The notes: generated by a model not told the origin, from the sequence alone. Positions 44,890 to 54,912 are shown, numbered from the stretch's first letter. The stretch: DNA of 61,227 nt from Oligoflexia bacterium (GCA_903881565.1 CAIRTR010000130.1:1-61227), one strand, 5' to 3'. Made by a program: numbers and translations.

Positions 44890-45737
44890 TTAATCTCTTG
44901 AAAGCGCAGCGCACTCAAACCTTTGAGATCCACTTGGCTGGTGTAATAATAGAGCTTAATGAGACCATAGGTATCGGCGCAAAGGGCTTCATCCCAGTTT
45001 TTGATGCACTGATCTTCTTGCTCAGGAGTCGCATACTCAGGAGAGTCAAAAGCGCGTCTCACACTGAAACGCTCCTCGTTTGAGCAATCCTTTTCGGTTT
45101 TTGCATCGACCGTGTTTCCGTTGATCAAAAGAAAATCATCATCCTTACAGGCTCCCTCAGGAACCAGCAAATTGAACGCCGTTTCAAATCGCGCCATTCC
45201 CAATTCGACTCCGATAGCCGAATCCCCAGCGCCCAGATCTAAAATGTGAATTCCGTTATGAGACAAGAAACGAGCAGCGGCGCCGTAAATAAAGCCAATG
45301 GTGGCATTGATTCCTGTAAAATGTCCTGAAAAATCCCCGACCGTTTTGCCGTTAAGATGAGTGACGCTCATACTAAAATTACGAGTTTCTGTAAGAAAGC
45401 CGACACCGGTTCCAAACCCCGGGAGTCCGCGCATGTTAAAAGCGATTCGGTAATTCACGCCCACTTTCGGGCTTTCGCATTCCAAAAAAAACTGAAATTG
45501 ATCAAAGGTGACGCCGCCAATTACGGCGGCACCACTGGATTGAATTCCTAAGCTGCCATGATCATAACTCCGGATTTTGCATGATTCGTAGGGAAGTATC
45601 CCTGGATGAGCTTTGCCCCACAGTGAACCCTTGATGGGAAGATACTCTTGAGGCTCGTCAGCAAAGACGTGAAAAGAGGTAAGACTCAGGAACAAAACTG
45701 ATAGTAACTGTACAAATTCAGTCGAACGGTATTTCAT
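44886..45737 (-). CDS. Secreted hypothetical protein, translationally coupled to the multihaem cytochrome
   Basis: Its stop overlaps the cytochrome ATG (4-nt overlap at 44886..44889). MKYRSTEFVQLLSVLFLSLTSFHVFA is a signal peptide when started at 45737 (alternatives are 45761, or the GTG at 45863). Gly-rich beta-like core, Cys-containing C-terminal region. Confidence 0.6.
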   Translation of the reverse strand: MKYRSTEFVQLLSVLFLSLTSFHVFADEPQEYLPIKGSLWGKAHPGILPYESCKIRSYDHGSLGIQSSGAAVIGGVTFDQFQFFLECESPKVGVNYRIAFNMRGLPGFGTGVGFLTETRNFSMSVTHLNGKTVGDFSGHFTGINATIGFIYGAAARFLSHNGIHILDLGAGDSAIGVELGMARFETAFNLLVPEGACKDDDFLLINGNTVDAKTEKDCSNEERFSVRRAFDSPEYATPEQEDQCIKNWDEALCADTYGLIKLYYYTSQVDLKGLSALRFQEIK

Positions 45738-45865
45738 ACAGCGAGAGGCATACCCCTTCATGGCTGTGCGCGTCAAGCCAATTAAACCCTCCTGGATGAA
45801 TCTGCACCCGTTGTTCAAATTTTGCTTTTCTGTTCTAATGACCGAGGAACAGATGAAAAACACGG

Positions 45866-46675
45866 ATGGGAGCGCAAGCTTTGAAATTGATTAAGATTTT
45901 AACTAAGGTGGGTTTTATTCTCCCATTGCTTGTTCCCTCTGATTTAATCGCCCAAGAACTTTCGGCCCCCTTAGACGGCCCCCATAGCCCCTACACCGAC
46001 TGGACCATAAAGGCCGCCACTCACTGGCCGCCACCCTGGCTCAGTTTCGCAAAAATCGAAGGCACCCCCGTTCAACTCGAGCTCATCGAGACCCAAGGCA
46101 ATGAGTTCTACATCGGCGTACAGCAACTCATGTGGGTGAACGCTTCGCTCGAGAGCGTCGAGGCCGTTCTGGATAACTTCAAAGGCTACCAGGAGATTTT
46201 TCCAGATCTAGATGACGTTCACGTTGTATCGCGCGCCGGAAACACTTTTGTCACATTTTGGGAGCAGCATATTCCGGTCTTCTTTGTGCCCAATGTGAAA
46301 TTTGAAATGAACTACGTCGTGGAAAAATCAAACCCCGATCGAACGATTTATCGCTACCAGCTTAAAAAAGGCGAGCATATCAAGAAGAACGACGGCCTGA
46401 TTGTGATCGAACGAGACAAAGCGCCGGACGGAAAGGCGCTCACACGCTACAGCGAATTCGATTTTTATGACGCCGATTGGGGGCCCCTCAAGACCTTCGC
46501 GCCCGGCCGCATCTGGAAAGACAGCGTGGAGGGAATCTACGTTTCCGACTTGGCCGTAAAACTCAAAGCCGAAAACCCCACCTGGCCCAATAAAAAGGTC
46601 AAAGAAGAAAGCGCGAAGTTAATGGAGAAGAACCCGATAGACGCTGTGTTGAAAGTACGAAAGAAAGCGCCTTAG
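45866..46675 (+). CDS. Secreted hypothetical protein, possibly SRPBCC/START-like lipid-binding fold
   Basis: Signal-like N-terminus. LESVEAVLDNFKGYQEIFPDLDDVHVVSRAGNTFVTFWEQHIPVFFVPNVKFEMNY resembles the start of START/SRPBCC domains. The fold call is tentative. Confidence 0.55.
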   Translation: MGAQALKLIKILTKVGFILPLLVPSDLIAQELSAPLDGPHSPYTDWTIKAATHWPPPWLSFAKIEGTPVQLELIETQGNEFYIGVQQLMWVNASLESVEAVLDNFKGYQEIFPDLDDVHVVSRAGNTFVTFWEQHIPVFFVPNVKFEMNYVVEKSNPDRTIYRYQLKKGEHIKKNDGLIVIERDKAPDGKALTRYSEFDFYDADWGPLKTFAPGRIWKDSVEGIYVSDLAVKLKAENPTWPNKKVKEESAKLMEKNPIDAVLKVRKKAP

Positions 46676-46677
46676 TC

Positions 46678-47721
46678 CTACTTATAATTCCGCTTCCCGT
46701 TCCCCAATACGAGCTGAAACGAATAGTCGCGCGCATTGGTTCCGTCCGAGGTTTTGAATTCAGAGGTAATATCCGTCCCCAAAAAGGTGTGCTCCGTCGT
46801 CTGAGGAACCCACGCCGAACAATTGTCACTGCCATTAAGGGTCTCTGCAAAAACGCCCCTATCCCCAAAGACCAGCGCCTCATGATCGCGCATCGAGATG
46901 TCCCCGAAAAGTCTGGACATCACCCAATCGCGTGAGCCTTGAAGAATGCCGATTCTGAAATCAGGATGTTTTGCACACACGCGAGGCACAACCCAAGACA
47001 TGTTCCCCTCCCCGTGTTCGACTCTTCTTCCCACCTGCGAAAGTGCATCCGAAAAATCAGCCACGTATTGATCCGAAAACTTGTCCCAGAATTTAGGACC
47101 AAAATGAAGTCCCGGCGCATCGGCAATCATCACACGCTTTTGCCCCGCATGAGGAGGACCCAAGACATCCTTCACACTTTGAATGTGGTACATCAGGGCG
47201 ATCGCCCCAGCAGAGACTCCGTAAAGCACCACTTCGCGAGAAGCCGGAAGGTCCATGATCTTCTGATCGACGATCAGCTGCAAACTTCGCTTCACCTGAT
47301 CAATGCCCTGATGATGCACGGTCACACCAGGCGCATACTCCACCGTATGTTGCCCCAGGAAAACGTCGCCGGTGCAATAGGGAAAATAGGCGACTGAATA
47401 ATCAAAGATGGGACTCTTGGTTTGATCCGTTGAGAGAATCCCTCCCGCTTGGTCCAGAGGGATAATCTCAAAAATATTTGTCAGCGGCGTGGGTCCCACG
47501 CAAGTCGCTGCACTCCAGCAGGCACCGCCACCCATGAAATAGAAGGCCACCTTCTCGCGGTTTCCTTTGCGAAAATACATCGAATAGGGCGCACCATCTC
47601 CACAGACTGCCCCGGGAACCGGGACCTTCTCCCATGAACCCGTCAAAGGACTCCCACCCGCATTCGCGGTGGCACCAAAGGAAAGCAGAAACAATACAGC
47701 ACAGTAAAAAGATGATTTCAT
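46678..47721 (-). CDS. Pectin-acetylesterase/Notum-like family esterase, secreted
   Basis: Signal peptide present. FYFMGGGACWSAATC and the YGVSAGAIA nucleophile-elbow-like motif are characteristic of the PAE family. Confidence 0.65.
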   Translation of the reverse strand: MKSSFYCAVLFLLSFGATANAGGSPLTGSWEKVPVPGAVCGDGAPYSMYFRKGNREKVAFYFMGGGACWSAATCVGPTPLTNIFEIIPLDQAGGILSTDQTKSPIFDYSVAYFPYCTGDVFLGQHTVEYAPGVTVHHQGIDQVKRSLQLIVDQKIMDLPASREVVLYGVSAGAIALMYHIQSVKDVLGPPHAGQKRVMIADAPGLHFGPKFWDKFSDQYVADFSDALSQVGRRVEHGEGNMSWVVPRVCAKHPDFRIGILQGSRDWVMSRLFGDISMRDHEALVFGDRGVFAETLNGSDNCSAWVPQTTEHTFLGTDITSEFKTSDGTNARDYSFQLVLGNGKRNYK

Positions 47722-47805
47722 CGAAATCCCCTCCCTAGGAATTCAACTGCATGCCTTACTCGTTAAGGACCCCGACCAAGGAAGGTCCCCAAAGAGCGCA
47801 GAAAA

Positions 47806-49461
47806 CTATTCACGAACTGCGTACGAATCAATATGAAAGCCAAACTCTTCGTTCTCGGAATCCGAACGCAAACTAATTTCCACCGTATCGCCTTCAATAG
47901 GACGACTCCAAACAGCGCCCTGATTGCGATTAAATGACTCGATAAATTTTTGATTTGCTCCACGAATAATCACGCCATCCATGCGCTCGGCGGTGACTAA
48001 GTTGCTAAAATGGACCTTGATAAACTTCGCCCCGGGATGTGTGATCTTCCAAGTCTGATTTGAAAGCGCAGGATAGGGATGGGGTGAATCTGCTTCGTAA
48101 CTGACATGTTTCCAGCCATCAGGATCCGAAACAACAGGAGTCTGAATGTTCATCAACGCATTATAAAGATTCAGGCGTCCACCACTGGCGACCCGATCTT
48201 GTAAAACAAAACGGTGATCCACCGTCGCCATCAAACGTTCTTTGACTTCAAGCGCACTTAAGCCCTGCGCGCTCTTGAGCAAAGCGGCTGCGCCCGCAAC
48301 ATGGGGACACGCCATCGAAGTTCCACTCATGCTCTTGTATTGTCCGTCTTTAAAGTCGCTCCAAATATTCAGCCCCGGTGCCGCGAGATGAACGCTGGTT
48401 GGACCCCAACTTGTGAAAATCGTGACGTCATCATTGCTATCGGTTGCCGCCACCGAAATGATATTGGGAACCTGATAACTTGCAGGATACGTAGGTTCGG
48501 TATCATTGTTATTGTGATCGTTTCCTGCGGCCGCAACGTAAATGATTCCACGTTTGTTGGTTTCTTCGATCACTTCCAAGAACGCTTTTGAAAATCCGTC
48601 CCCGCCCCAGCTGTTGCTCATCACATCAGCCTTGTTGATCATGGCGTATTCGGTGGCGAGGATTCCGTTCTCTAACGTCCCGTCGCCGCCTGCGCCCAAA
48701 AATTTAACCGGCATAATTTTGACGTTTGGAGCAATCCCCATGATGCCCACGCCATTGTGAGCGCCAGCAATCACGCCCGCGCAATGCGTTCCATGGCCCA
48801 TGTCATCGTTGGGATTTGCACTTTTGCTATAGAAGTTCCAACCGTGCTGATCGTCGATATAACCGTTGCCGTCGTTATCAATTCCGTCAGCACCGCTAGC
48901 CCCCCCTGTCGGAATTTCGCCAGGGTTTGTCCAAATATTATTCACAAGATCAGGGTGGGTAAGATCCACGCCCGTGTCAATGACTGCGACCACGACGTTA
49001 TCTCGGCCCTTTGAAATATCCCACGCGCGTTGCGCTTCAATGGACTTCAAGCCCCACTGTTTATCAAAAAGCGGGTCAGGAGCTGTTTCCAAGGCATTTC
49101 CCAATGCGTGGTAGATAAAGTTAGGTTCAATGTATTCAATGAGACCACTTTTCTCGTACTGGGCAATCGTATTGCTCAAGGCCATTCCCGTGCGAAGTGC
49201 CTCGGGCAGACGAATCACTTGAAACTGTTTAAAAACGCGAAAATCCGAGCGCGCCTCAACTCCAAGTTGAGTATGGAGTGTGCGCAGCGCCGCAAGGTGT
49301 AACCCTTTTGTCTGCTTGAGTCGAACCACATATTCGCCTGGAACAGCCTCAGGGGCCTTATGCAAAGCGCGACGGTTTTGAGAGACCAACCCCAAAGACG
49401 ACACCAAAATAATTGAAAATAGCCCGAAAAGGACGACGCGCTTGCGAAAAGTAGATTTCAT
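47806..49461 (-). CDS. S8 family serine peptidase (subtilisin-like) with I9 propeptide and a C-terminal beta-sandwich domain
   Basis: Catalytic triad motifs VAVIDTGVD, HGTHCAGVIAG and SGTSMACPHVAGAAALL. The C-terminal about 110 aa is CUB/PPC-like. Confidence 0.9.
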   Translation of the reverse strand: MKSTFRKRVVLFGLFSIILVSSLGLVSQNRRALHKAPEAVPGEYVVRLKQTKGLHLAALRTLHTQLGVEARSDFRVFKQFQVIRLPEALRTGMALSNTIAQYEKSGLIEYIEPNFIYHALGNALETAPDPLFDKQWGLKSIEAQRAWDISKGRDNVVVAVIDTGVDLTHPDLVNNIWTNPGEIPTGGASGADGIDNDGNGYIDDQHGWNFYSKSANPNDDMGHGTHCAGVIAGAHNGVGIMGIAPNVKIMPVKFLGAGGDGTLENGILATEYAMINKADVMSNSWGGDGFSKAFLEVIEETNKRGIIYVAAAGNDHNNNDTEPTYPASYQVPNIISVAATDSNDDVTIFTSWGPTSVHLAAPGLNIWSDFKDGQYKSMSGTSMACPHVAGAAALLKSAQGLSALEVKERLMATVDHRFVLQDRVASGGRLNLYNALMNIQTPVVSDPDGWKHVSYEADSPHPYPALSNQTWKITHPGAKFIKVHFSNLVTAERMDGVIIRGANQKFIESFNRNQGAVWSRPIEGDTVEISLRSDSENEEFGFHIDSYAVRE

Positions 49462-49702
49462 AACCCCTCCTTGAGTTTATGTCCCATGCACAGATTGAAC
49501 CTATTCTTGCATCGATATGGGGCTTTGAAAAGCCCTACTAGGCAAAAAACTCCAATATCCGCCATTATCCACAAGTAGAATGTCACTAGCCGCGGACTAA
49601 TCTTTCAAGATACAATCATGAGATACAGGAAGTAGTGACTAGCAGTGGTGCATTAAGCGCCGCATTTAACTCCGCGGTTAACTCCATGGATGGGGGAGAC
49701 TC

Positions 49703-52399
49703 ATGAAATATCGTTTTGCTTTTCAACTTATGTTCTTCATTGCATCGGTCACCGCACCGGCGCTCGCATTTTTCACAATGCAAGGATGCAGTTCAAATCT
49801 ACTGCCGGATCAAATCCCAAATTTGATACCTAAACCCGCAGATCCGCCTCCGGCGCGAATCGACAATCCTGATCCTACGTCCTCTCCTCTTATTATCGAA
49901 CCCATCGCATCTCCCGATCCTCTCCCTACTTCTGAACCCATTGCAACACCGCTGCCTTCACCCTCTGGCCCTCAGTGCTCCACGCAGATTCTCGATTACG
50001 GACAAAAAGGGGTGCTCGCTACCGTTGCGCGCGGGACTTCATCGGATATCAAGATCCTCCCCGGGAGTTCTTGGATCGGCGTCGCCTATACAGACCCGGG
50101 AGCATTAAGCCTCAAATTTGCTTATGGCAAAGGCAGCGGTTTTCAAACCGAAGTCGTCTCAGGCGATGGCAATGCCCGCGATGTCAAACTGGGTTTCTTC
50201 ACTTCGGGAAGACCCATCATTATATGGTCTCAAAATACGGCATCTGGCTCCTTCCTCAAGGCCGCCTTTCGAAACGCGCCCGTAGGTGAAGCGGGAGACT
50301 GGTCTGCAGCCGTTCTCGAAACATCATCTCTCTCCGCACTAGCCGATTCGAAGTACGCGGCCGTGGAACTTGCGATCAGCGCTCAAGATGACCTGCTCTT
50401 CTCGTTTGTCTCAAACACCAAACAAGGTTGGCGGGCACGATTTGGCTCCTGCCTCGCGCCTTGCAAAGCGCCGCATGAGATCAACCTTATCGCCGCAATC
50501 CAAGACAAACCTTCGTTAGAACAAAGAAGTTCAGGCGCCGCATGGATCATCCCAAAAAGCGGAATCTCCTATCCCGCAATCACCTATTCGCTTGAGCACT
50601 CAACGGTGCTTTCGACCTGTACCGAAAGTCTCGAAAATTGTTTCAACACTCATGGCGACACCCAGGCTTGGCGACACCTCGAAGTTTCACCCGCCGCGAG
50701 TGTGACGAGCAACCTCTGGATGGAGCGCTCGAAAAAAATCGAACCCCTTCGAATTGCGATGAATAGCCCACAAGAAGGACTGCAAGTCGCGGAACTTGAG
50801 GCTCGCTGCGTGGACGATTCTTTCCAGGGCGCTCCATGTGCCATCAGGAAAAAGACGATCACCTCAGATCCCAAAATCGGAAACCGCTGGGTTAAAATAT
50901 TGCGAGACGATAATAGCAAATTTCACCTCACAGCTAATGAAGGAAACAAGGGGATATCGTATTTCAATTCTTCCAAGAGGGACCTGACAAAAGCCTGGAA
51001 CACACCGACGGAACTCGACTCTTCGGGATTCTCTGACCAAAGCCAAGGGGGAGCCGTTTTTGGTGAAGGCAAGAAAACGATCTTGATAAGCTACGGAATC
51101 AACGCCGCCCCCTACGACCTTAGACTCGGCGTGCTTGCAGATCCCAGCGCTCCCTCCGGCACAAAGCCCAGCCTTTCGAGTTACAGCGCGCGCGCGGTCG
51201 ATCTGACAGGTGGAATGCAACTCTCCGCTCGCAACGCCCAACGAAAACTCATCAGCACCCATCTTTCCGAAACGGGAGCCATGGGCGTCGCGTACATCGA
51301 TTATTCTTCGGGATCTGCTCGGCAGGGAAAGCTCAAATTTGCTTATCAAGATCCGGCTTCGAACTGGCAATCTTTCTCACCTCCGGTGAGCGTTAGCCCC
51401 CAACAACCGGTTCTGAAGTTTGATTCCCAGAATCATCCTTGGATTGGCTACTACGACTCTGGCGACAATCTGTTCCACCTTGCCACGCGCGCTCCTTTGG
51501 AGGCGCATGAAGAGACTTCGCCCTGGAGCGTTTTTGAATTTCCCTTCAGACCGGGCCCAGAAGCTCCACTTCCCGCATCCAATGAAACTGCCTTGGTTTT
51601 CGAATCCAGCACGGGCCACCCACTTCCGATGCTCATCGTGATTGATAATTCCACTGTGAGAGCTAAAACTCTTCGAGCTGCGCATCTGGATCCTCAGACA
51701 GGTAATTGGTCTTGGACTGGAGCCGCAGGAAAAATCAAAATTCTCAGCGATCGAGGAGCAACGCATCTGAGTGCCGATGTCGACCTCACTGGAAACATCG
51801 GAGTGAGTTACTATGACCTCGACACTCACCTGCTCATGTTTAGCTCTTACAATTCCAAATTAGACCAGTGGCGGGCGCCACGGGCAATCAGCGCAGTCTA
51901 TCAAGGCGCCGGAGCCCACCTTCGCTTACATCCCGAGACTTTAGAACCCATGATCAGTTTCTATGATCGGGTTTCAGGCGAGCTTCTGTTTGGACATTGC
52001 AGAGCATCCCTTGAGGATTGCTCAACCGAAGCACCCTGGGAAATAACGGTTGTGGATTCGGCAAGTGGGATCGAAGGTATCCCTCGTGAGAGTGAGTCTT
52101 TGCTGGAAGCCTCTTTAGATTTTGACACACAGGGTTCCCCCCTCATCTTTTACCCCCGGGGCCAAGCGACCCAGGGCGCCCTGATGAAGGCGCGCCGAAT
52201 AAGCCCTCAGAGTGGCAGCTTTGAACTCTCGACCGTTTTCGAGGGGCAAAATACGCAGCTAAGCGGCACGCCTCTCATGCATTTTGCCCTATCCGGATGG
52301 AACGTGGCCGCCGCCGCCCGCCCCTTCTTTGGCTTTGGTGCATTTTTCGTTGGACCCGGAAACTGGCTTTACGGTACACGATGTGGAGATGAATTTTGA
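49703..52399 (+). CDS. Large (898-aa) lipoprotein with a Pro-rich linker and internal beta-propeller-like repeats
   Basis: Signal plus lipobox (FFTMQGC). The linker is P/S/T-rich. Recurrent strand motif: GVAYTD..., GVAYIDYSS...KLKFAYQD, IGYYDSGDNLFHLA, GVSYYDLDTHLLMFS, ISFYDRVSGELLFG. Confidence 0.8.
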   Translation: MKYRFAFQLMFFIASVTAPALAFFTMQGCSSNLLPDQIPNLIPKPADPPPARIDNPDPTSSPLIIEPIASPDPLPTSEPIATPLPSPSGPQCSTQILDYGQKGVLATVARGTSSDIKILPGSSWIGVAYTDPGALSLKFAYGKGSGFQTEVVSGDGNARDVKLGFFTSGRPIIIWSQNTASGSFLKAAFRNAPVGEAGDWSAAVLETSSLSALADSKYAAVELAISAQDDLLFSFVSNTKQGWRARFGSCLAPCKAPHEINLIAAIQDKPSLEQRSSGAAWIIPKSGISYPAITYSLEHSTVLSTCTESLENCFNTHGDTQAWRHLEVSPAASVTSNLWMERSKKIEPLRIAMNSPQEGLQVAELEARCVDDSFQGAPCAIRKKTITSDPKIGNRWVKILRDDNSKFHLTANEGNKGISYFNSSKRDLTKAWNTPTELDSSGFSDQSQGGAVFGEGKKTILISYGINAAPYDLRLGVLADPSAPSGTKPSLSSYSARAVDLTGGMQLSARNAQRKLISTHLSETGAMGVAYIDYSSGSARQGKLKFAYQDPASNWQSFSPPVSVSPQQPVLKFDSQNHPWIGYYDSGDNLFHLATRAPLEAHEETSPWSVFEFPFRPGPEAPLPASNETALVFESSTGHPLPMLIVIDNSTVRAKTLRAAHLDPQTGNWSWTGAAGKIKILSDRGATHLSADVDLTGNIGVSYYDLDTHLLMFSSYNSKLDQWRAPRAISAVYQGAGAHLRLHPETLEPMISFYDRVSGELLFGHCRASLEDCSTEAPWEITVVDSASGIEGIPRESESLLEASLDFDTQGSPLIFYPRGQATQGALMKARRISPQSGSFELSTVFEGQNTQLSGTPLMHFALSGWNVAAAARPFFGFGAFFVGPGNWLYGTRCGDEF

Positions 52400-54854
52400 A
52401 ACATGGTTCAAAGACTTACATCCTGAAATCCCGATCCCTGGAGCGCAGGCCATCCTTCGACTCACCGCCGAAGATGCCACCATACCCTTCATTGCGCGCT
52501 ATCGAAAAGAACAGACGGGCAACCTGGATGAAGTCGCCATCAAAAACGTCATCGAAGGCAAAGAGACTTATGACCAGGTCATCAAGCGACAAGCCTTTAT
52601 TCTAGGGGAGATTGAGCACCAGGGAAAACTCACGGACGCGCTCAAAGAGAAGATCTCCACTACGTTCCGACTTGAGCTCTTGGAAGACCTTTATCTTCCG
52701 TACAAACAAAAGCGCAAATCCAAGGCGACACTTGCCAAAGAAGCGGGCATTGGACCTCTGGCGGATTGGATCTGGGATTGCGGCCACGGGACCCAGAAGC
52801 CTGAAGAAGGCCAAACTCTAGAGCTTTGGGCCTATACCTTTCATAACGATAAACTAGGATTTTTGGACGCTGCCGCAACCCTGGCGGGCGCGCAGGAGAT
52901 CTTGATCGAACGCTTGACTGAAACCCAAGAGCTTCGCGAAGCCGTTCGGATCAAGTATTTCCGCAAGGGCTTCATCGTCACCACCAAGGGGTCAGGGGCA
53001 AAACCTGCCAGCAAGTTTGAAAACTATTTTTCGTATCGTGAAGCCGCTCACTCTCTGAAGCGGCCTGAGAACTCGCATCGCTATCTCGCACTTCGCCGAG
53101 GCTGGATGGAAGAAGAGCTCTCTTTATCCATCGGGGGCGCGCACGAAGAAGAACCTTTTGATACCGACCTCCTCCAGTTATTTGAGAGTACCGCATGTAC
53201 GGTGCACGACTCGGTCGGCGCTCAGCTTTTAGCAAAAGCCGCACGGCTTGCGCTCAAAGCCCACGTCATTCCAAGTATCGAAAACGAACTTCATAAAGCG
53301 CTTAAAGAGATCGCGGACCTTGCCGCCATTGAAGTCTTTTCCGAGAACGTCCGCAAACTGTTGCTCGCGGCCCCTTTCGGCGCGAAACCCGTACTGGGCG
53401 TGGACCCCGGAATTCGAACCGGCTGTAAACTCGCCATTGTTGATGAAACCGGTAAATACATCGCTAGCGCCGTAATCTATCTCCATACGGAAGCGGGCAA
53501 AGAAAAAGCTAAAACCGTTATCCCTGAAGTCATAAAAGTCGGAAAAATCTCGGCTGTAGCCGTCGGAAATGGAACTGCCGGCCGCGAGACGGAGCAGTTT
53601 TTTAGAGACGCCCTTAAAGCTGTCGACATTGATGTTCCAGTGGTCATGGTGAATGAAGCAGGCGCCAGCGTTTATAGCGCAAGCGATGTCGCACGCGAAG
53701 AGTTCCCGGAACTCGACGCGACGATTCGCGGCGCTATCTCGATTGCGCGTCGGCTACAAGATCCTTTGGCCGAGCTCGTAAAGATCGATCCCAAGAGCAT
53801 CGGGGTTGGGCAATATCAACATGACCTCTCTCCTCCCGCCTTGAAGCGCAGTTTGGATTTTGTCGTCGACTCTTGCGTGAACCGAGTGGGCGTCGACATC
53901 AATACAGCCTCTCCCTACTTACTTTCCCACGTATCCGGAATTGGCGACGGACTGGCGCGTTCGATTGTTCAGCATCGCAACGAAAAAGGAATCTTCAAGA
54001 ATCGGAACATGCTTCAAGAAGTCGCCCGCTTCTCGAAAAAGACATTCGAGCTTGCAGCGGGTTTTCTTCGCGTTCCTCAATCTGAGAATCCTCTGGATAA
54101 TACGGGCATTCATCCCGAGCGCTACTCGCTCATTGAATCGCTAGCCGAGCGTCATAAAAAATCAATTCCCGACCTCTTGGGTCGCGGAATTGGCGTCCTT
54201 AAGTCCGACCCGCAGTTTCGCGCCGAAGCCGGTGAGTTCACATTTGATGATATTCTCAAAGAACTTGAGAAACCCGGACGCGATCCACGAGATTCGTTCG
54301 TGGTCTTCCAGTTTCGCGAAGACATCCATGAACTCAAAGATCTCACGCCTGGAATGATTTGCCCGGGCATTGTCACCAATGTCACAAATTTCGGCTCCTT
54401 TGTTGATATCGGTGTCCATCAAGACGGCCTCGTTCATGTTTCGCAAATGGGCGACCGAGGGAGTAAAAATCCTCTGAGTCCCGGAGAACACGTCCGGGTC
54501 AAAGTTCTTGAAGTTGATTTGGAGAAGAAGCAGATTTCGCTTTCAATGCGTCAGACCGCTGAACATTCTCGCGCGCAAGCGCACGCGCGTGCCGATACGC
54601 GTGGGAGTACTCGTGCGGATACGCACGTGCGCAACGAGCGCTCGCCCAGAACTGCGGCAGCCCCCAGAATTTCGCCTCCCGCTCCCCGGCTCGCGATGCC
54701 GGCTGCCCAGGTGCAACCCTACAATGGACCGCCGATCAAGATTACACCAAGAAGTGAAATGAAAAACGATCGCCCTGCGCGCGGGCCGCGACCGGCCTTC
54801 ACGAATAACGCGTTTGCTGCACTGGCCGCTTTAAAGAAAGATCTGAAAAAGTAA
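52389..54854 (+). CDS. tex: Tex-family transcription accessory protein (YqgF-like, HhH and S1 domains) with a basic C-terminal tail
   Basis: IPFIARYRKEQTG, LGVDPGIRTGCKLAIVD (YqgF/RuvC-like), INTAS...LLSHVSGIG (HhH), GIVTNVTNFGSFVDIG...GLVHVSQM (S1). The ATG at 52389 overlaps the upstream stop by 11 nt. Confidence 0.9.
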   Translation: MNFETWFKDLHPEIPIPGAQAILRLTAEDATIPFIARYRKEQTGNLDEVAIKNVIEGKETYDQVIKRQAFILGEIEHQGKLTDALKEKISTTFRLELLEDLYLPYKQKRKSKATLAKEAGIGPLADWIWDCGHGTQKPEEGQTLELWAYTFHNDKLGFLDAAATLAGAQEILIERLTETQELREAVRIKYFRKGFIVTTKGSGAKPASKFENYFSYREAAHSLKRPENSHRYLALRRGWMEEELSLSIGGAHEEEPFDTDLLQLFESTACTVHDSVGAQLLAKAARLALKAHVIPSIENELHKALKEIADLAAIEVFSENVRKLLLAAPFGAKPVLGVDPGIRTGCKLAIVDETGKYIASAVIYLHTEAGKEKAKTVIPEVIKVGKISAVAVGNGTAGRETEQFFRDALKAVDIDVPVVMVNEAGASVYSASDVAREEFPELDATIRGAISIARRLQDPLAELVKIDPKSIGVGQYQHDLSPPALKRSLDFVVDSCVNRVGVDINTASPYLLSHVSGIGDGLARSIVQHRNEKGIFKNRNMLQEVARFSKKTFELAAGFLRVPQSENPLDNTGIHPERYSLIESLAERHKKSIPDLLGRGIGVLKSDPQFRAEAGEFTFDDILKELEKPGRDPRDSFVVFQFREDIHELKDLTPGMICPGIVTNVTNFGSFVDIGVHQDGLVHVSQMGDRGSKNPLSPGEHVRVKVLEVDLEKKQISLSMRQTAEHSRAQAHARADTRGSTRADTHVRNERSPRTAAAPRISPPAPRLAMPAAQVQPYNGPPIKITPRSEMKNDRPARGPRPAFTNNAFAALAALKKDLKK

Positions 54855-54912
54855 ACGAGCGACAAGAGAAAACGCTCCCCCTCTTTCATAATTCCACGTA
54901 GCATCTTGGATT

